From NCBI GenBank assembly GCA_965247365.1, contig CBDFHB010000001.1, forward strand, positions 202,550 through 266,549: 64,000 bases of DNA, written 5' to 3'. This document shows, one piece after another, positions 29,349 through 38,487 of this stretch. The translations under genes and the position numbers were made by a program. The notes under the pieces are model-generated. The model searched no databases and was not told the origin of the DNA. It was given only the letters and a program-made list of their open reading frames with translations. Source of the stretch: Candidatus Marinacidobacterales bacterium (lineage in GTDB: Bacteria > Acidobacteriota > Vicinamibacteria > Marinacidobacterales > SMYC01). How positions within the stretch are numbered: position 1 is the first letter of the stretch; each line of letters begins with the position of its first letter.

Positions 29349-29410
29349 CGGTCAACCTCCATGGTGGTTTGGCACCCAGCCCGTCGCCTCCGCTCCGGGC
29401 CGCCACCACG

Positions 29411-29438
29411 AAAAAAAAGACGTCGCCCAAAATTGGGC
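29411..29438 (-). terminator. Terminator-like hairpin plus U8 on the minus strand inside a 510-bp non-coding gap
   Basis: Minus strand GCCCAAUUUUGGGC then GACGUC then UUUUUUUU, 63 nt upstream of the SLT start. Confidence 0.35.
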
Positions 29439-29859
29439 TCTCCAGGGGGAACGCCTCGACGAAGTGCCGGGTGGCGCGTCCGGCTCCTCGGGAACGAGTC
29501 GGGAAAACTCGCTCCGCCGAGATACTGCCCCCGTACCGGCAATCTCGGCTCGGCTCGTACTGGGGCAGCTCGCGTCCCCATTCCTGTCTAGCGCGCGGTC
29601 TCCATACAGTCAAGGTCATCCTCGGAACCTACCAGATCCTGTGGTTTCGTTGCCGTTGAACCCTAGATGTTGGATTGCCGGGGAGTATAACACTGGTCCC
29701 CCGGACCGTCCACGAATAGTTTTGGACATGTAGTGAATTACCCACAGCAAGGAACCCTCAGAGCTAGGAGCCTAAATCGATAGACGGAAAGCAGTTGCGG
29801 ATTCGTCTGGCACGATCGTGGGCGAAAGCGCCCCAACGAGAAATTCTCGCTCGAGGGCC

Positions 29860-32496
29860 CTAGAATCCGCCTTGGGAGACCGAAACGGCCTCCCACAGTC
29901 CCATCATATATATGGAGACGAGAAATACTCCGACCACCACCCTCCCAAAGGGCCCTCTTTCTTCGAGCCAGCGAAAGGCGAGTGCGACGCCGATGGCAAT
30001 GGCAGGAAATGAATAATAGTGATGTTTCAATAGGAAATTGAAAGCGATATCGAGAAGGCCAAAGGCGACGATCACGAGGGCCCACGAGCCGAGAAGGACT
30101 CGATCGCGGCCCCGTAGGCGATACAAACCGGCGAGACCCGTCAGAAGCACGAGCGGCGAGCCAAAGGTATAGGCCAACTTCTCCGGTTGCGCCGCGATTC
30201 GAGAAGCGAAGTCAATGCTTTCCGAGCCCCGACCCGATGCGAGTGTTGGGATGGTTTCCCTCAAGAAAGGCAGGATCCAGTTGCCGTAGTAAAGGGCCAG
30301 GGCCACCCCCCATCCCGCAATCAAGAGGGTCCATAGGCGTTTGGCGAGGTGCGGCTCCTTTCGAAGCAGAAGGACCGCCGCGGTCGCGAGGCTCAGTGAG
30401 GTGAACAACAACGAGCCCGTGTAGGAAAGAAAGCAAAGGGAAAGAAGCACGAGCGAGACGACAAAGATCAACCGTTCGGAAAGCCGGGCCGAGACGAGGA
30501 TGATGAACCCTAGGGCGAGTGTCGCGGCCCAGCACCCGAAAAGCGTCATGAGATGCCCCAAGCCGAGGAGCTGAAACCCAGTGGGAAGCCCGACGATGAT
30601 CGCGGCCGCGTAGGTGCCGGTTCGAGGATCGCAAACGCGAGTCGCGAGGAGGGCGCTGGTAGTAGCGATAGCGAACAGGAGAGCGGAGAGGAAGAGCTTC
30701 GTCAGCGTGTGGAACCAAATCGAGGGAAAGGCAGCGAAGGGAGAGACGACCGTGTGAAACAGACAGGAGTGGGGCACGATCACATTGCCCCACTGCGGCT
30801 GCCGGCTCAGCATGCTTCCGGGCTCCGGCAGGTAGTAGAGCAGGAATTGACCGTGCCAAATCTCCTCGGCGATGGCCGTGTGATAGCCGAAGTGGCCACC
30901 TGCGTAGAGCGGAAAGGCCATGGACAGGAACCACAAGGCGAAGCCGAAGCTCGAGATCGCTAGAGCCAGCGGGGCGAGCTCCGGCACGGAAACTTCCGTC
31001 GAAAGTGTTTCGAATGCTCCCCGGCCGAAGGCCGAGAGCAACAAGCTCGCGAAGGCCGCCAGGAAAAAACTCGGAAGGACTCGAGGGAGAATTCCGGGCT
31101 CCAAAATCAAACCGGCGAGGAGCAGGGCCAGAAACAGTGTAGCGCCGACGCTTCCGAGCCGGGCGGACAAGCCGCTCGCGGCGAACGATGCCATCACGAG
31201 CCAGGTGGAGGCCAGGATCCATAGGAGCGCTTCGAGAGACGGGAAGCTCCTGCCTCGATCGATGAAGAGCGAGTCGATTTGCAGCTCTCTTCCGCGCCCG
31301 ATTGCAGGAAACTCGAGCCAATGGCCCGATCGCCAACCGAGAGACGGAGCGGGGAGCGTCGCTCGGTGGAGGCTCCAATCAGAGCTCAGAGCTCCGGATA
31401 CCTCGAAATCACCGGCGCGCAGTAACGTTGCTCGAACCGTCTCGTCGGTCGCGACCCCACTTCGAGCCCGTAGCTCCACGGTCCAGGGCGAGAGTGCGCC
31501 GAAGTCTCGCAAATCCAGCGCGGCACCGGGGAGCGCCCGGCGAAAGCTCACGCCACCTTCCTGGTCGAATCCGGCGAAGCGGCGACTCACCGCGTCCGCG
31601 CGCCCCGAGCCGAGGTCGAGCTCGAAGCGAGGCCTCGACCAATAGGCCAGGACCGTCCCTGAGATGGCAAGGACGGCCACGTAGACAGCCCAACCGCTCG
31701 CGAGGGTCTCGAGACCATCCACGAGCGCACTCCCGGACCGGGAGATCGTTTCCGCGATCACCCGGGCGAATTCCGGCAGGAGCCATCTCACGATGAGAGC
31801 GGCGCCGAGCGCGACGGCGAGGTCCGGGACGAGGATCGTCGCCCAAACCCGGGCGAACGCGAAGGCGACCCCCGCGGCCACGGTCACGACGCCAGAGACC
31901 ACGAGGCCAGACGTGGCTGAGTCCCACCATCGAGATCCGGCGAGGAGGCTCGCGAGCACGAGCGCCAAGGCTGCTGCGAGCTGACGGAGCGGCGGCCTTG
32001 ACCCGTTCGGCAAGACGAGACGCGCCTCGTGCACCCGGACCCCCAGGGAGCGGTCGTCTCCCGCTCCAGGTGAGAAAGCATCCGAGCGGAGAGAGACCTC
32101 GAGCGTCGAGCTCCAGACGCCCTCGGTTCGGGTCTCGAGCTCATAGAGCTCGGCTCTTCTTCCCGGGCTTCGTCGAAGGGTTTCGCCGCCGGACTCGATC
32201 ACGAGAAGCGGCGGGGGAGTGCCGCGCGGTCGAAACCCGGCCAGGACGATCTCGACACGAGCGGTCGGGCTGGCGCCAGGATCCAGGAAACGCATGCGAC
32301 TCGTGCCGCGGGTCCAGCGGTAGCCCTCCTCTGCGTCGTGAAAGTTGTCGGTGAGGAGCGCGCCGAGAGGTGCGTTGCGCATGTCGACGACTATCGTCGT
32401 GGGCAATCGGTAGGCGAGCGTTACGAGGAGGATCGACCCGAGCGCACTAACGCCGGCCGCCTTCCACACGCCGGAACGCCCGGAAAGGTTGAACAC
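29860..32496 (-). CDS. Large polytopic membrane protein (878 aa; N-terminal periplasmic domain plus about 16 TM), candidate membrane glycosyltransferase partner of the adjacent GT2
   Basis: Hydrophobicity pattern. Immediately downstream (9-bp gap) of the Dpm1-like GT2 gene on the same strand. Confidence 0.45.
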   Translation of the reverse strand: MFNLSGRSGVWKAAGVSALGSILLVTLAYRLPTTIVVDMRNAPLGALLTDNFHDAEEGYRWTRGTSRMRFLDPGASPTARVEIVLAGFRPRGTPPPLLVIESGGETLRRSPGRRAELYELETRTEGVWSSTLEVSLRSDAFSPGAGDDRSLGVRVHEARLVLPNGSRPPLRQLAAALALVLASLLAGSRWWDSATSGLVVSGVVTVAAGVAFAFARVWATILVPDLAVALGAALIVRWLLPEFARVIAETISRSGSALVDGLETLASGWAVYVAVLAISGTVLAYWSRPRFELDLGSGRADAVSRRFAGFDQEGGVSFRRALPGAALDLRDFGALSPWTVELRARSGVATDETVRATLLRAGDFEVSGALSSDWSLHRATLPAPSLGWRSGHWLEFPAIGRGRELQIDSLFIDRGRSFPSLEALLWILASTWLVMASFAASGLSARLGSVGATLFLALLLAGLILEPGILPRVLPSFFLAAFASLLLSAFGRGAFETLSTEVSVPELAPLALAISSFGFALWFLSMAFPLYAGGHFGYHTAIAEEIWHGQFLLYYLPEPGSMLSRQPQWGNVIVPHSCLFHTVVSPFAAFPSIWFHTLTKLFLSALLFAIATTSALLATRVCDPRTGTYAAAIIVGLPTGFQLLGLGHLMTLFGCWAATLALGFIILVSARLSERLIFVVSLVLLSLCFLSYTGSLLFTSLSLATAAVLLLRKEPHLAKRLWTLLIAGWGVALALYYGNWILPFLRETIPTLASGRGSESIDFASRIAAQPEKLAYTFGSPLVLLTGLAGLYRLRGRDRVLLGSWALVIVAFGLLDIAFNFLLKHHYYSFPAIAIGVALAFRWLEERGPFGRVVVGVFLVSIYMMGLWEAVSVSQGGF

Positions 32497-32505
32497 TCCG
32501 GCCGA

Positions 32506-33243
32506 CTAATCGCGCGGCGCGAGTTTCGTTTTAGCCGAGCTCGGCAGCCGCAGCTTTACCCAGAGCCTCAAGAGGGCTAGAAAGGTACGGGGAACGTCGG
32601 TCGGGCCGACCGTCGACTTCCCCGCCGTGCGGAGGTAGTGGCGAACGCCTTTCTGAACGTAGCGGAATCCAGCCCGGTGAAGCTGGACCACGATTTCGGT
32701 ATCGATGAAGAAGTAGTCTTCCTCGAGGTGGAGCGAGGTCAGGGCTTCGCGGCGGAAGAGCTTGAACGAGCAGTTCAAATCCTTGACCGACATCCCAAAG
32801 GCGAGCGACGCGAGAGCGTTGTACCCGTTGGAGACGAAGAGGCGGAATCCACCGTCCTGCCGCCCGACTCGATAACCCAGAATGGCGTCCTGGCTCTCCA
32901 TCAAAGGGAGGAACTCGGATAGCTCGCGAAGATCGAACTGATTGTCCGCGTCCGTATAGAAGACGAGACGACCTCGGGCCGCATCGAAGCCGGTACGCAG
33001 CGCTCCGCCGTAGCCGAGGTTCGTCTCGTGAGTGACAACGACGAGCGCCGCTCCCAGCTCGCGTTCGAGCTCGTGAAGGATCTTCGGGGTCCCGTCTCGG
33101 CTCCCGTCATCGACGACGACGATCTCGTAGGAGGCAACGAGGGGCGCGACCGCTTCCGACGCACGCCGAACGGCTTGCTCGATACTGCCCTCTTCGTTGA
33201 AGGCAGGGAGAATGACGGTAAGAGCAGGGGCGGTTGGGCTCAT
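32506..33243 (-). CDS. Glycosyltransferase family 2, polyprenyl-phosphate sugar synthase (Dpm1/ArnC/GtrB-like)
   Basis: LTVILPAFNEEGSI...YEIVVVDDGSRDGT...LGYGGALRTGF...YTDADNQFD. Confidence 0.85.
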   Translation of the reverse strand: MSPTAPALTVILPAFNEEGSIEQAVRRASEAVAPLVASYEIVVVDDGSRDGTPKILHELERELGAALVVVTHETNLGYGGALRTGFDAARGRLVFYTDADNQFDLRELSEFLPLMESQDAILGYRVGRQDGGFRLFVSNGYNALASLAFGMSVKDLNCSFKLFRREALTSLHLEEDYFFIDTEIVVQLHRAGFRYVQKGVRHYLRTAGKSTVGPTDVPRTFLALLRLWVKLRLPSSAKTKLAPRD

Positions 33244-33293
33244 GCGGGCAAAATCTTAGCAGAGAGCGAGTCGCGCTCGCCATAGGATGCCTG

Positions 33294-33578
33294 CTAGTCC
33301 GATTTGTTGCCGGTGCCCTTGTCCGAGGATTTCTTCTTGGACGATTCGGCTTTTGTCTTGTCCCCACCCGATTCGGCTTTCTCCTTGTCCCCTCCCGCTC
33401 CCTTTTTGGCGTAGTCGGTGACGTACCAGCCAGTGCCCTTGAACTGAATGGCGGGCGAAGAGATGAGTCGCTCGGTTTTCGACTTGCACTTCTCACACTT
33501 CTTCAGCGGGGGATCGCTGACCTTCTGGATGGCTTCGAAGCGGTGCCCCTTGGCGCATTCGTATTCGTAGATTGGCAC
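33294..33578 (-). CDS. FmdB family zinc-ribbon regulatory protein (likely GTG start giving MPIYEYEC...)
   Basis: PIYEYECAKGHRFE...KKCEKCKS zinc-ribbon. Lys/Gly-rich tail. Confidence 0.7.
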   Translation of the reverse strand: MPIYEYECAKGHRFEAIQKVSDPPLKKCEKCKSKTERLISSPAIQFKGTGWYVTDYAKKGAGGDKEKAESGGDKTKAESSKKKSSDKGTGNKSD

Positions 33579-33705
33579 AGAGGAAGTAAAGCAGATAGTG
33601 GCGTGTGCCGTCAAGATGCGCCATCAGCGCTCCTCGAAGTGTCGAATGAGATCTTTGTAAACTCAATAGAGAGGCGGCGAGAACAAGATCTAACCCAAAA
33701 CGGAC

Positions 33706-33735
33706 TTGACGAAAAGCCCCATCGGGAGTTATAAA
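33706..33735 (+). promoter_or_regulatory. Sigma-70-type promoter of the trp operon
   Basis: -35 TTGACG (33706-33711), 17/18-nt spacer, -10 TATAAA (33730-33735). GGGG Shine-Dalgarno at 33737-33740. Confidence 0.5.
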
Positions 33736-33748
33736 AGGGGTGTTCATC

Positions 33749-33799
33749 ATGTTTGATCGTACCCGTTTAGCCAACTTCCGCTGGTGGTGGTGCGGCTAA
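33749..33799 (+). CDS. trpL: trp leader peptide MFDRTRLANFRWWWCG (three consecutive Trp codons)
   Basis: ATG 33749 with upstream GGGG. UGG UGG UGG at 33782-33790. Stop UAA 33797-33799. Lies within the attenuator. Confidence 0.75.
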   Translation: MFDRTRLANFRWWWCG

Positions 33800-33834
33800 A
33801 CGGGTTGTCCTTCCTTTAGTTTAGATTCGAGAAA

Positions 33835-33868
33835 GAGGCAATCCCGTTCGGGGTTGCCTCTTTGCGTT
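33835..33868 (+). terminator. trp attenuator terminator
   Basis: GAGGCAATCCCG-UU-CGGGGUUGCCUC then UUUGCGUU. Alternative structures are a 12-bp perfect pause stem ACCCGTTTAGCC(33761-33772)/GGCTAAACGGGT(33794-33805), and an antiterminator AACGGGTTG(33799-33807)/CAATCCCGTT(33839-33848). Confidence 0.75.
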
Positions 33869-33919
33869 CTACGAGGCTCCCCCGAGGCGGCAAGGAGCTT
33901 AGACTAGGATGCACGAATC

Positions 33920-35485
33920 ATGAAGCTATCCGCCAAGACTCGGGTCAGTGTGCTTCCCGGAGACGAATGTCGCTCGCCGCTCGATTTCTTCGGGCGGTTG
34001 GGCGGTAGCGAAGATGTGCGCGGTGCGGTCTTGATGGAGAGCGCCGCTCGAGGTGAGGCCGGCGGCACGAGGAGTCTCGTCGTTCCCGGAGGGGTCGTCC
34101 GTCTCGAGTTGCGCGGAAGCGAAGCGGTCTACCGAGCCCTATCCGCCTCGGCAGGTCCCGTGCTGACGGCTCTCGCAAACGAGCTCGATGACTCTCGGAT
34201 GGACGGGGACGTGCTCCGTGCTACCTTCCCTGTGGGGCCCGGCTCCTCGTCCTGGTCGGACGAGGAGCGTATCAAAGCCCCCTCGGGGCTCGATGCCGTC
34301 CGTGCCCTCGCCTTTCTCGTGGAAGACGAGGAGCCCGGTACCGCGATCCCCGTCGGCGTCTATGGTGCCTTCTCCTTCGAGCTCGTGGATCGCTGGGAGC
34401 GTCTCCCCGAGCGCCGCCCCGATCCCTGGAACGATCCCGACGTCAGTGTCGTTCTCGCTCTCGACACCATCCTTTACGACCACCTTTCGCGTGAGACTCG
34501 CGTCGTGACGCGCGCCTTGACGAAATCCGACGAGGCGGCGGCGGACCTTAGGCACCGTGGATATCTCGAAGCCTTGAGGGGAAACGGCGGGGCGGGAGAA
34601 GAGCTTGTCCCCGACGGCGTCGCGGAAAAGGAGATGACGCCCGATACGAGCGACGAGGTCTTTCTCGAATCGGTGCGCTCGTTCCTGTCTCACATCGCGC
34701 GGGGCGATATCTTCCAGGGGGTTCTGTCGCGCGGACTCACCATGCGTAGCGAGGCCAGCACGCTCGAAGTATACAGGGCGCTTCGCCACCGAAACCCTTC
34801 CCCCTATATGTTCCACGTCGATCTGGGCAATGGAGTGCTCCTGGGTGCCTCACCGGAGACCTCGGTGAAAGTGGAAGGCCGGCATCTCGAGATCCGGCCG
34901 ATCGCGGGGACGGCGCCGCGCGGCTTCGACTCTCGAGGTGAGATCGATGACGAGCTCGACGAGCGTCTCGCAGTCGGTCTGCTTCTCGATCACAAAGAGC
35001 AGGCCGAGCACGCCATGCTGGTCGACCTTGCGAGGAACGACGTGGCCCGCGTGGCCATACCGGGTACCCGCCGGGTCTCCCAGCCTTTCACGATCGAGAA
35101 GTACAGCCACGTGCAACATCTCGTGAGCGGTGTCCGGGGTGAGCTTCGGCCCGATCTGGACGCGCTCCATGCCTACCGCAGCGCCGCCAATATGGGAACT
35201 TTGACGGGAGCGCCCAAGCTTCGGGCGATGGAGCTCATTCGCGAAACCGAGCCCTTCGCGCGTGGCTTCTACGGTGGCGCCGCCGGCTATCTACTTCAAG
35301 ACGGCACCTTCGACAGCTGCATCGTGATTCGCTCGCTGCGCCACGGGAAGGGGGGCATCTACCAAACGCGCGCCGGTGCGGGGATCGTGGCCGACAGCGT
35401 CCCGGAGCGCGAGCTCGCGGAAACGCTTCACAAAGCACGGGCGCCGAGGGTCGCGGTGGCGCTCGCCGAGCGGAGGTCCCCGTGA
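33920..35485 (+). CDS. trpE: Anthranilate synthase component I
   Basis: 521 aa. Chorismate-binding domain motifs (GAPKLRAMELIRETEPFARGFYGGAAGY...). First gene after the Trp-codon leader. Confidence 0.95.
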   Translation: MKLSAKTRVSVLPGDECRSPLDFFGRLGGSEDVRGAVLMESAARGEAGGTRSLVVPGGVVRLELRGSEAVYRALSASAGPVLTALANELDDSRMDGDVLRATFPVGPGSSSWSDEERIKAPSGLDAVRALAFLVEDEEPGTAIPVGVYGAFSFELVDRWERLPERRPDPWNDPDVSVVLALDTILYDHLSRETRVVTRALTKSDEAAADLRHRGYLEALRGNGGAGEELVPDGVAEKEMTPDTSDEVFLESVRSFLSHIARGDIFQGVLSRGLTMRSEASTLEVYRALRHRNPSPYMFHVDLGNGVLLGASPETSVKVEGRHLEIRPIAGTAPRGFDSRGEIDDELDERLAVGLLLDHKEQAEHAMLVDLARNDVARVAIPGTRRVSQPFTIEKYSHVQHLVSGVRGELRPDLDALHAYRSAANMGTLTGAPKLRAMELIRETEPFARGFYGGAAGYLLQDGTFDSCIVIRSLRHGKGGIYQTRAGAGIVADSVPERELAETLHKARAPRVAVALAERRSP

Positions 35486-36099
35486 TCCCAGAGTCCGCGC
35501 ACGTTCTCGTCCTCGACCATCGCGACAGCTTCGTATTCAATCTTGTGGACGAGCTTCGCGCGACGGGCGCCGTCGTGACGACACTCCGCAGCGACCTGTC
35601 GCTCGACGAGCTCGAGCACAAGATCGATTCGCTCTCGCCTCGACTCATCGTCCTGTCCCCTGGGCCGGGAACACCGGAGGACGCCGGGGTGATGGTGGAG
35701 TGGCTAAGGACCGATCCGAAGATCCCCGTCATGGGAATTTGCCTTGGCCACCAGGCCCTCGCCGTCGCGTCCGGCGGCAGGGTGGGTCGCGCGCCTCGTC
35801 CCGTCCACGGTCGCCGGGCGGAGATCCGCGTGTGTGGGGACGAGCCAAGTTTCATCGGCCTGGGGCCGAGCTTCGTGGCGGCGCGCTACCATAGCCTGGT
35901 CGTCACCGAAGTGCCTGCCTCGATGAAGATCGTGGCGACGACGGAGGAAGACGGGGCCGATCTCGTGATGGGTTTGAGACACCGAGAGCGTCCCCGCTTG
36001 GGACTCCAGTTCCATCCCGAATCGATCCTCACCCCGGACGGACGCGGGATCGTGTGGCGTTTCTACGAAGAAGCCTTGTCTCACGGAGGAAGACGATGA
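35482..36099 (+). CDS. trpG: Anthranilate synthase component II (glutamine amidotransferase)
   Basis: VLVLDHRDSFVFNLV...GICLGHQAL...HSL. Overlaps trpE (ATGA). Confidence 0.9.
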   Translation: MIPESAHVLVLDHRDSFVFNLVDELRATGAVVTTLRSDLSLDELEHKIDSLSPRLIVLSPGPGTPEDAGVMVEWLRTDPKIPVMGICLGHQALAVASGGRVGRAPRPVHGRRAEIRVCGDEPSFIGLGPSFVAARYHSLVVTEVPASMKIVATTEEDGADLVMGLRHRERPRLGLQFHPESILTPDGRGIVWRFYEEALSHGGRR

Positions 36100-37130
36100 T
36101 TTCCGAGCTCATCGAAAGACTCTTGTCCGGCGAGCCCGCCGATCCGAAGGCACTCGAGGACACGCTCCATCGCATCATGATCGGAGAGGTGCCTCAAACG
36201 CAGACGGCCGGCCTGCTCGTCGCACTGCGCGTTCGCGAGCCGGACGCGGAAACGCTCGCCGCCTGCGCTCGCGCCATGCGATCCCACCGAATCGCCGTAC
36301 AAACGGAAGTCAGTCCGCTCGTCGATACCTGCGGGACGGGGGGTGACCGATCGGGAACGTTCAATATTTCGACGGCGGCCGCGCTCGTGGTCGCGGCGGC
36401 GGGAGGGGCGGTCGCGAAGCACGGTAATCGAAGCGTCTCGTCTCGAGCGGGAAGCGCGGACGTGCTCGAAGCGAGCGGGGCTGTTTTGAGCCTGGGTCCC
36501 AAGGAGGCGAGCAAGTGCCTCGACGCGACGGGCTTCGCTTTTCTCTTCGCGCCCGTCTTCCATCCCGCCATGGCGAACGTCGCGCCGGTTCGCAAGGCGC
36601 TCGGCATCCGCACGTTGTTCAACCTCCTCGGGCCACTCGCGAATCCTGCCCTCGCTCAGCGCCAGCTCATGGGCGTCTACGACCCCGAAATGACCGACGT
36701 GATGGCGAAGGCGCTCCAGGAGCTCGGGAGCGAGAGCGCGCTCATCGTGCACTGCAACGGGTTGGACGAGATCGGTCTGCACGATGTTACTCGAGGCCAC
36801 TTCCTGAACGAGGGGAAGGTAGAGCCATTCCACCTCGATCCCGAAGAGCTCGGACTCGCGCGCGTTCCCATCGATGCCCTGAAGGGTGGAGACGCCTCAT
36901 CCAATGCGGAGATACTCGAGTCCGCCCTGAACGGTGAGAGGGGGCCGAGAGCGGACGTCGTGGCGTTGAATGCCGCCGCGGCTCTCGGTGTCGCCGGCCT
37001 CACGCGAGATCTGGCAGAGGGTATGGAGGTCGCCCGCGACGTTCTCTCGAACGGAAATGCTCTCCGCGTCTTGCATCGCTATGTCGAGACGTCGCGACGG
37101 TTGTCGGACGAAGCGTCGACCAACAGGTAG
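36096..37130 (+). CDS. trpD: Anthranilate phosphoribosyltransferase
   Basis: Internal ATG 36096 overlaps the trpG stop. DTCGTGGDRSGTFNISTAAALVVAAAGG.VAKHGNRSVSS. Confidence 0.9.
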   Translation: MISELIERLLSGEPADPKALEDTLHRIMIGEVPQTQTAGLLVALRVREPDAETLAACARAMRSHRIAVQTEVSPLVDTCGTGGDRSGTFNISTAAALVVAAAGGAVAKHGNRSVSSRAGSADVLEASGAVLSLGPKEASKCLDATGFAFLFAPVFHPAMANVAPVRKALGIRTLFNLLGPLANPALAQRQLMGVYDPEMTDVMAKALQELGSESALIVHCNGLDEIGLHDVTRGHFLNEGKVEPFHLDPEELGLARVPIDALKGGDASSNAEILESALNGERGPRADVVALNAAAALGVAGLTRDLAEGMEVARDVLSNGNALRVLHRYVETSRRLSDEASTNR

Positions 37131-37132
37131 GA

Positions 37133-37885
37133 GTGGCTTTGGGTCTTATCGAGGAGCTCGTCGAGCATGCCCGCGAGAGGGCGAGAAAGCTTCCGCGGCG
37201 AGAGTCCGTTCCTCGACCTAACCGCGCGCGCCTCCTTGCGAGTCTCCGCGGTAAGTCGTGCCTCGACGTCATTGCGGAGTTCAAACAGGCGAGCCCGAGT
37301 CTCGGTGCGATTGCCGAGCGCGACGTCGAGAGCCGTGTGAAAGCCTATGCGCGGGGAGGAGCATCGGCCGTGAGCGTGCTGACGGAGCCCACCCGCTTCC
37401 GAGGCTCCTATGACGATCTGGAGCGGGCGGCGAAGTGCGCTCAGGTTCCTATATTAATGAAGGACTTCGTCGTCGATCCCGCGCAGGTCCGAGAGGCGGC
37501 GTTTCGCGGCGCCGGCGGCGTGCTCTTGATCGTCCGTTGCCTCTCGGCTGCGCAGCTCGATGAGCTCGGCTCGGCGTCAAGGAGCTACGGGCTCACGCCT
37601 TTCGTCGAGTGTCATCGGGATAAGGAAATCGAGCGGGCGCTCGACCTCGAGGAAGCGGTCATTGGCGTGAACAACCGTGACCTCGATACCCTCGAGATCG
37701 ACCGGGATCTGGCCCCGAGGCTTCTGGCCGAGATTCCGAGCGAGCGCGTTGTCGTCGCCGAAAGTGGTTACGAGAGCGCTGCGGACGTCCGGGACGTCCG
37801 GGGGATCGCCGATGCCGTGCTCGTCGGATCGGCGCTGATGAAGCGCGACGATCCCGAGGAGCTCATTCGGGAGCTCCGCGGATGA
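37133..37885 (+). CDS. trpC: Indole-3-glycerol phosphate synthase
   Basis: GTG start. VIAEFKQASPSLG. LLIVRCL. Confidence 0.9.
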   Translation: MALGLIEELVEHARERARKLPRRESVPRPNRARLLASLRGKSCLDVIAEFKQASPSLGAIAERDVESRVKAYARGGASAVSVLTEPTRFRGSYDDLERAAKCAQVPILMKDFVVDPAQVREAAFRGAGGVLLIVRCLSAAQLDELGSASRSYGLTPFVECHRDKEIERALDLEEAVIGVNNRDLDTLEIDRDLAPRLLAEIPSERVVVAESGYESAADVRDVRGIADAVLVGSALMKRDDPEELIRELRG

Positions 37886-38487
37886 GGCCCCGTGTGAAGA
37901 TCTGTGGTTTGAGACGTATCGAGGATGCCCTGCTCGCCGTCGAGCTCGGCGCGACGCATATCGGCTGCGTTCGAGACCCGAGCTCTCCTCGTTGCGGTCC
38001 CCTCGAGGAGGCGGCGGCTATCTTCGAGGCGATCGCGGGTCGAGCGACGACCGTGCTCGTTGCGAAGGGACTCTCCCGCGAGACTTTGCTCCGCGAGGCA
38101 CGGCGCACCCAAGCCCAGGCCGTGCAGCTGTTCGACTTTTCGCCGGGCGACGTCGAAGCGCTCGAGTCGGAGGGGCGTCCGGTTTATCGAGTCTACTGTC
38201 TCGACGAGCGGGCCTCGGCGCTGCCCGCGATCGATCCCGCACCGACCGAGCGAAGCCCGGTGATGCTCGACGTCGGAGGGGGCGGGTCGGGGCGAACGTT
38301 CGACTGGTCGATCCTGGGAGAGCGAGCTCCCCGAGCGACCTTCATCGCGGGAGGGGTTCGTCCCGACAACGTACGGCAGCTCCTCGATCACCATCCCTAT
38401 GGGATTGATCTCTCGAGCGGCGTCGAGAGAGCGCCCGGCATCAAGGACGCGTCCAAACTACAATCGTTGTTTCGGGAGGTAGGCTGA
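37882..38487 (+). CDS. trpF: Phosphoribosylanthranilate isomerase
   Basis: VKICGL...VQLF...AGG. Overlaps trpC. Confidence 0.9.
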   Translation: MRPRVKICGLRRIEDALLAVELGATHIGCVRDPSSPRCGPLEEAAAIFEAIAGRATTVLVAKGLSRETLLREARRTQAQAVQLFDFSPGDVEALESEGRPVYRVYCLDERASALPAIDPAPTERSPVMLDVGGGGSGRTFDWSILGERAPRATFIAGGVRPDNVRQLLDHHPYGIDLSSGVERAPGIKDASKLQSLFREVG

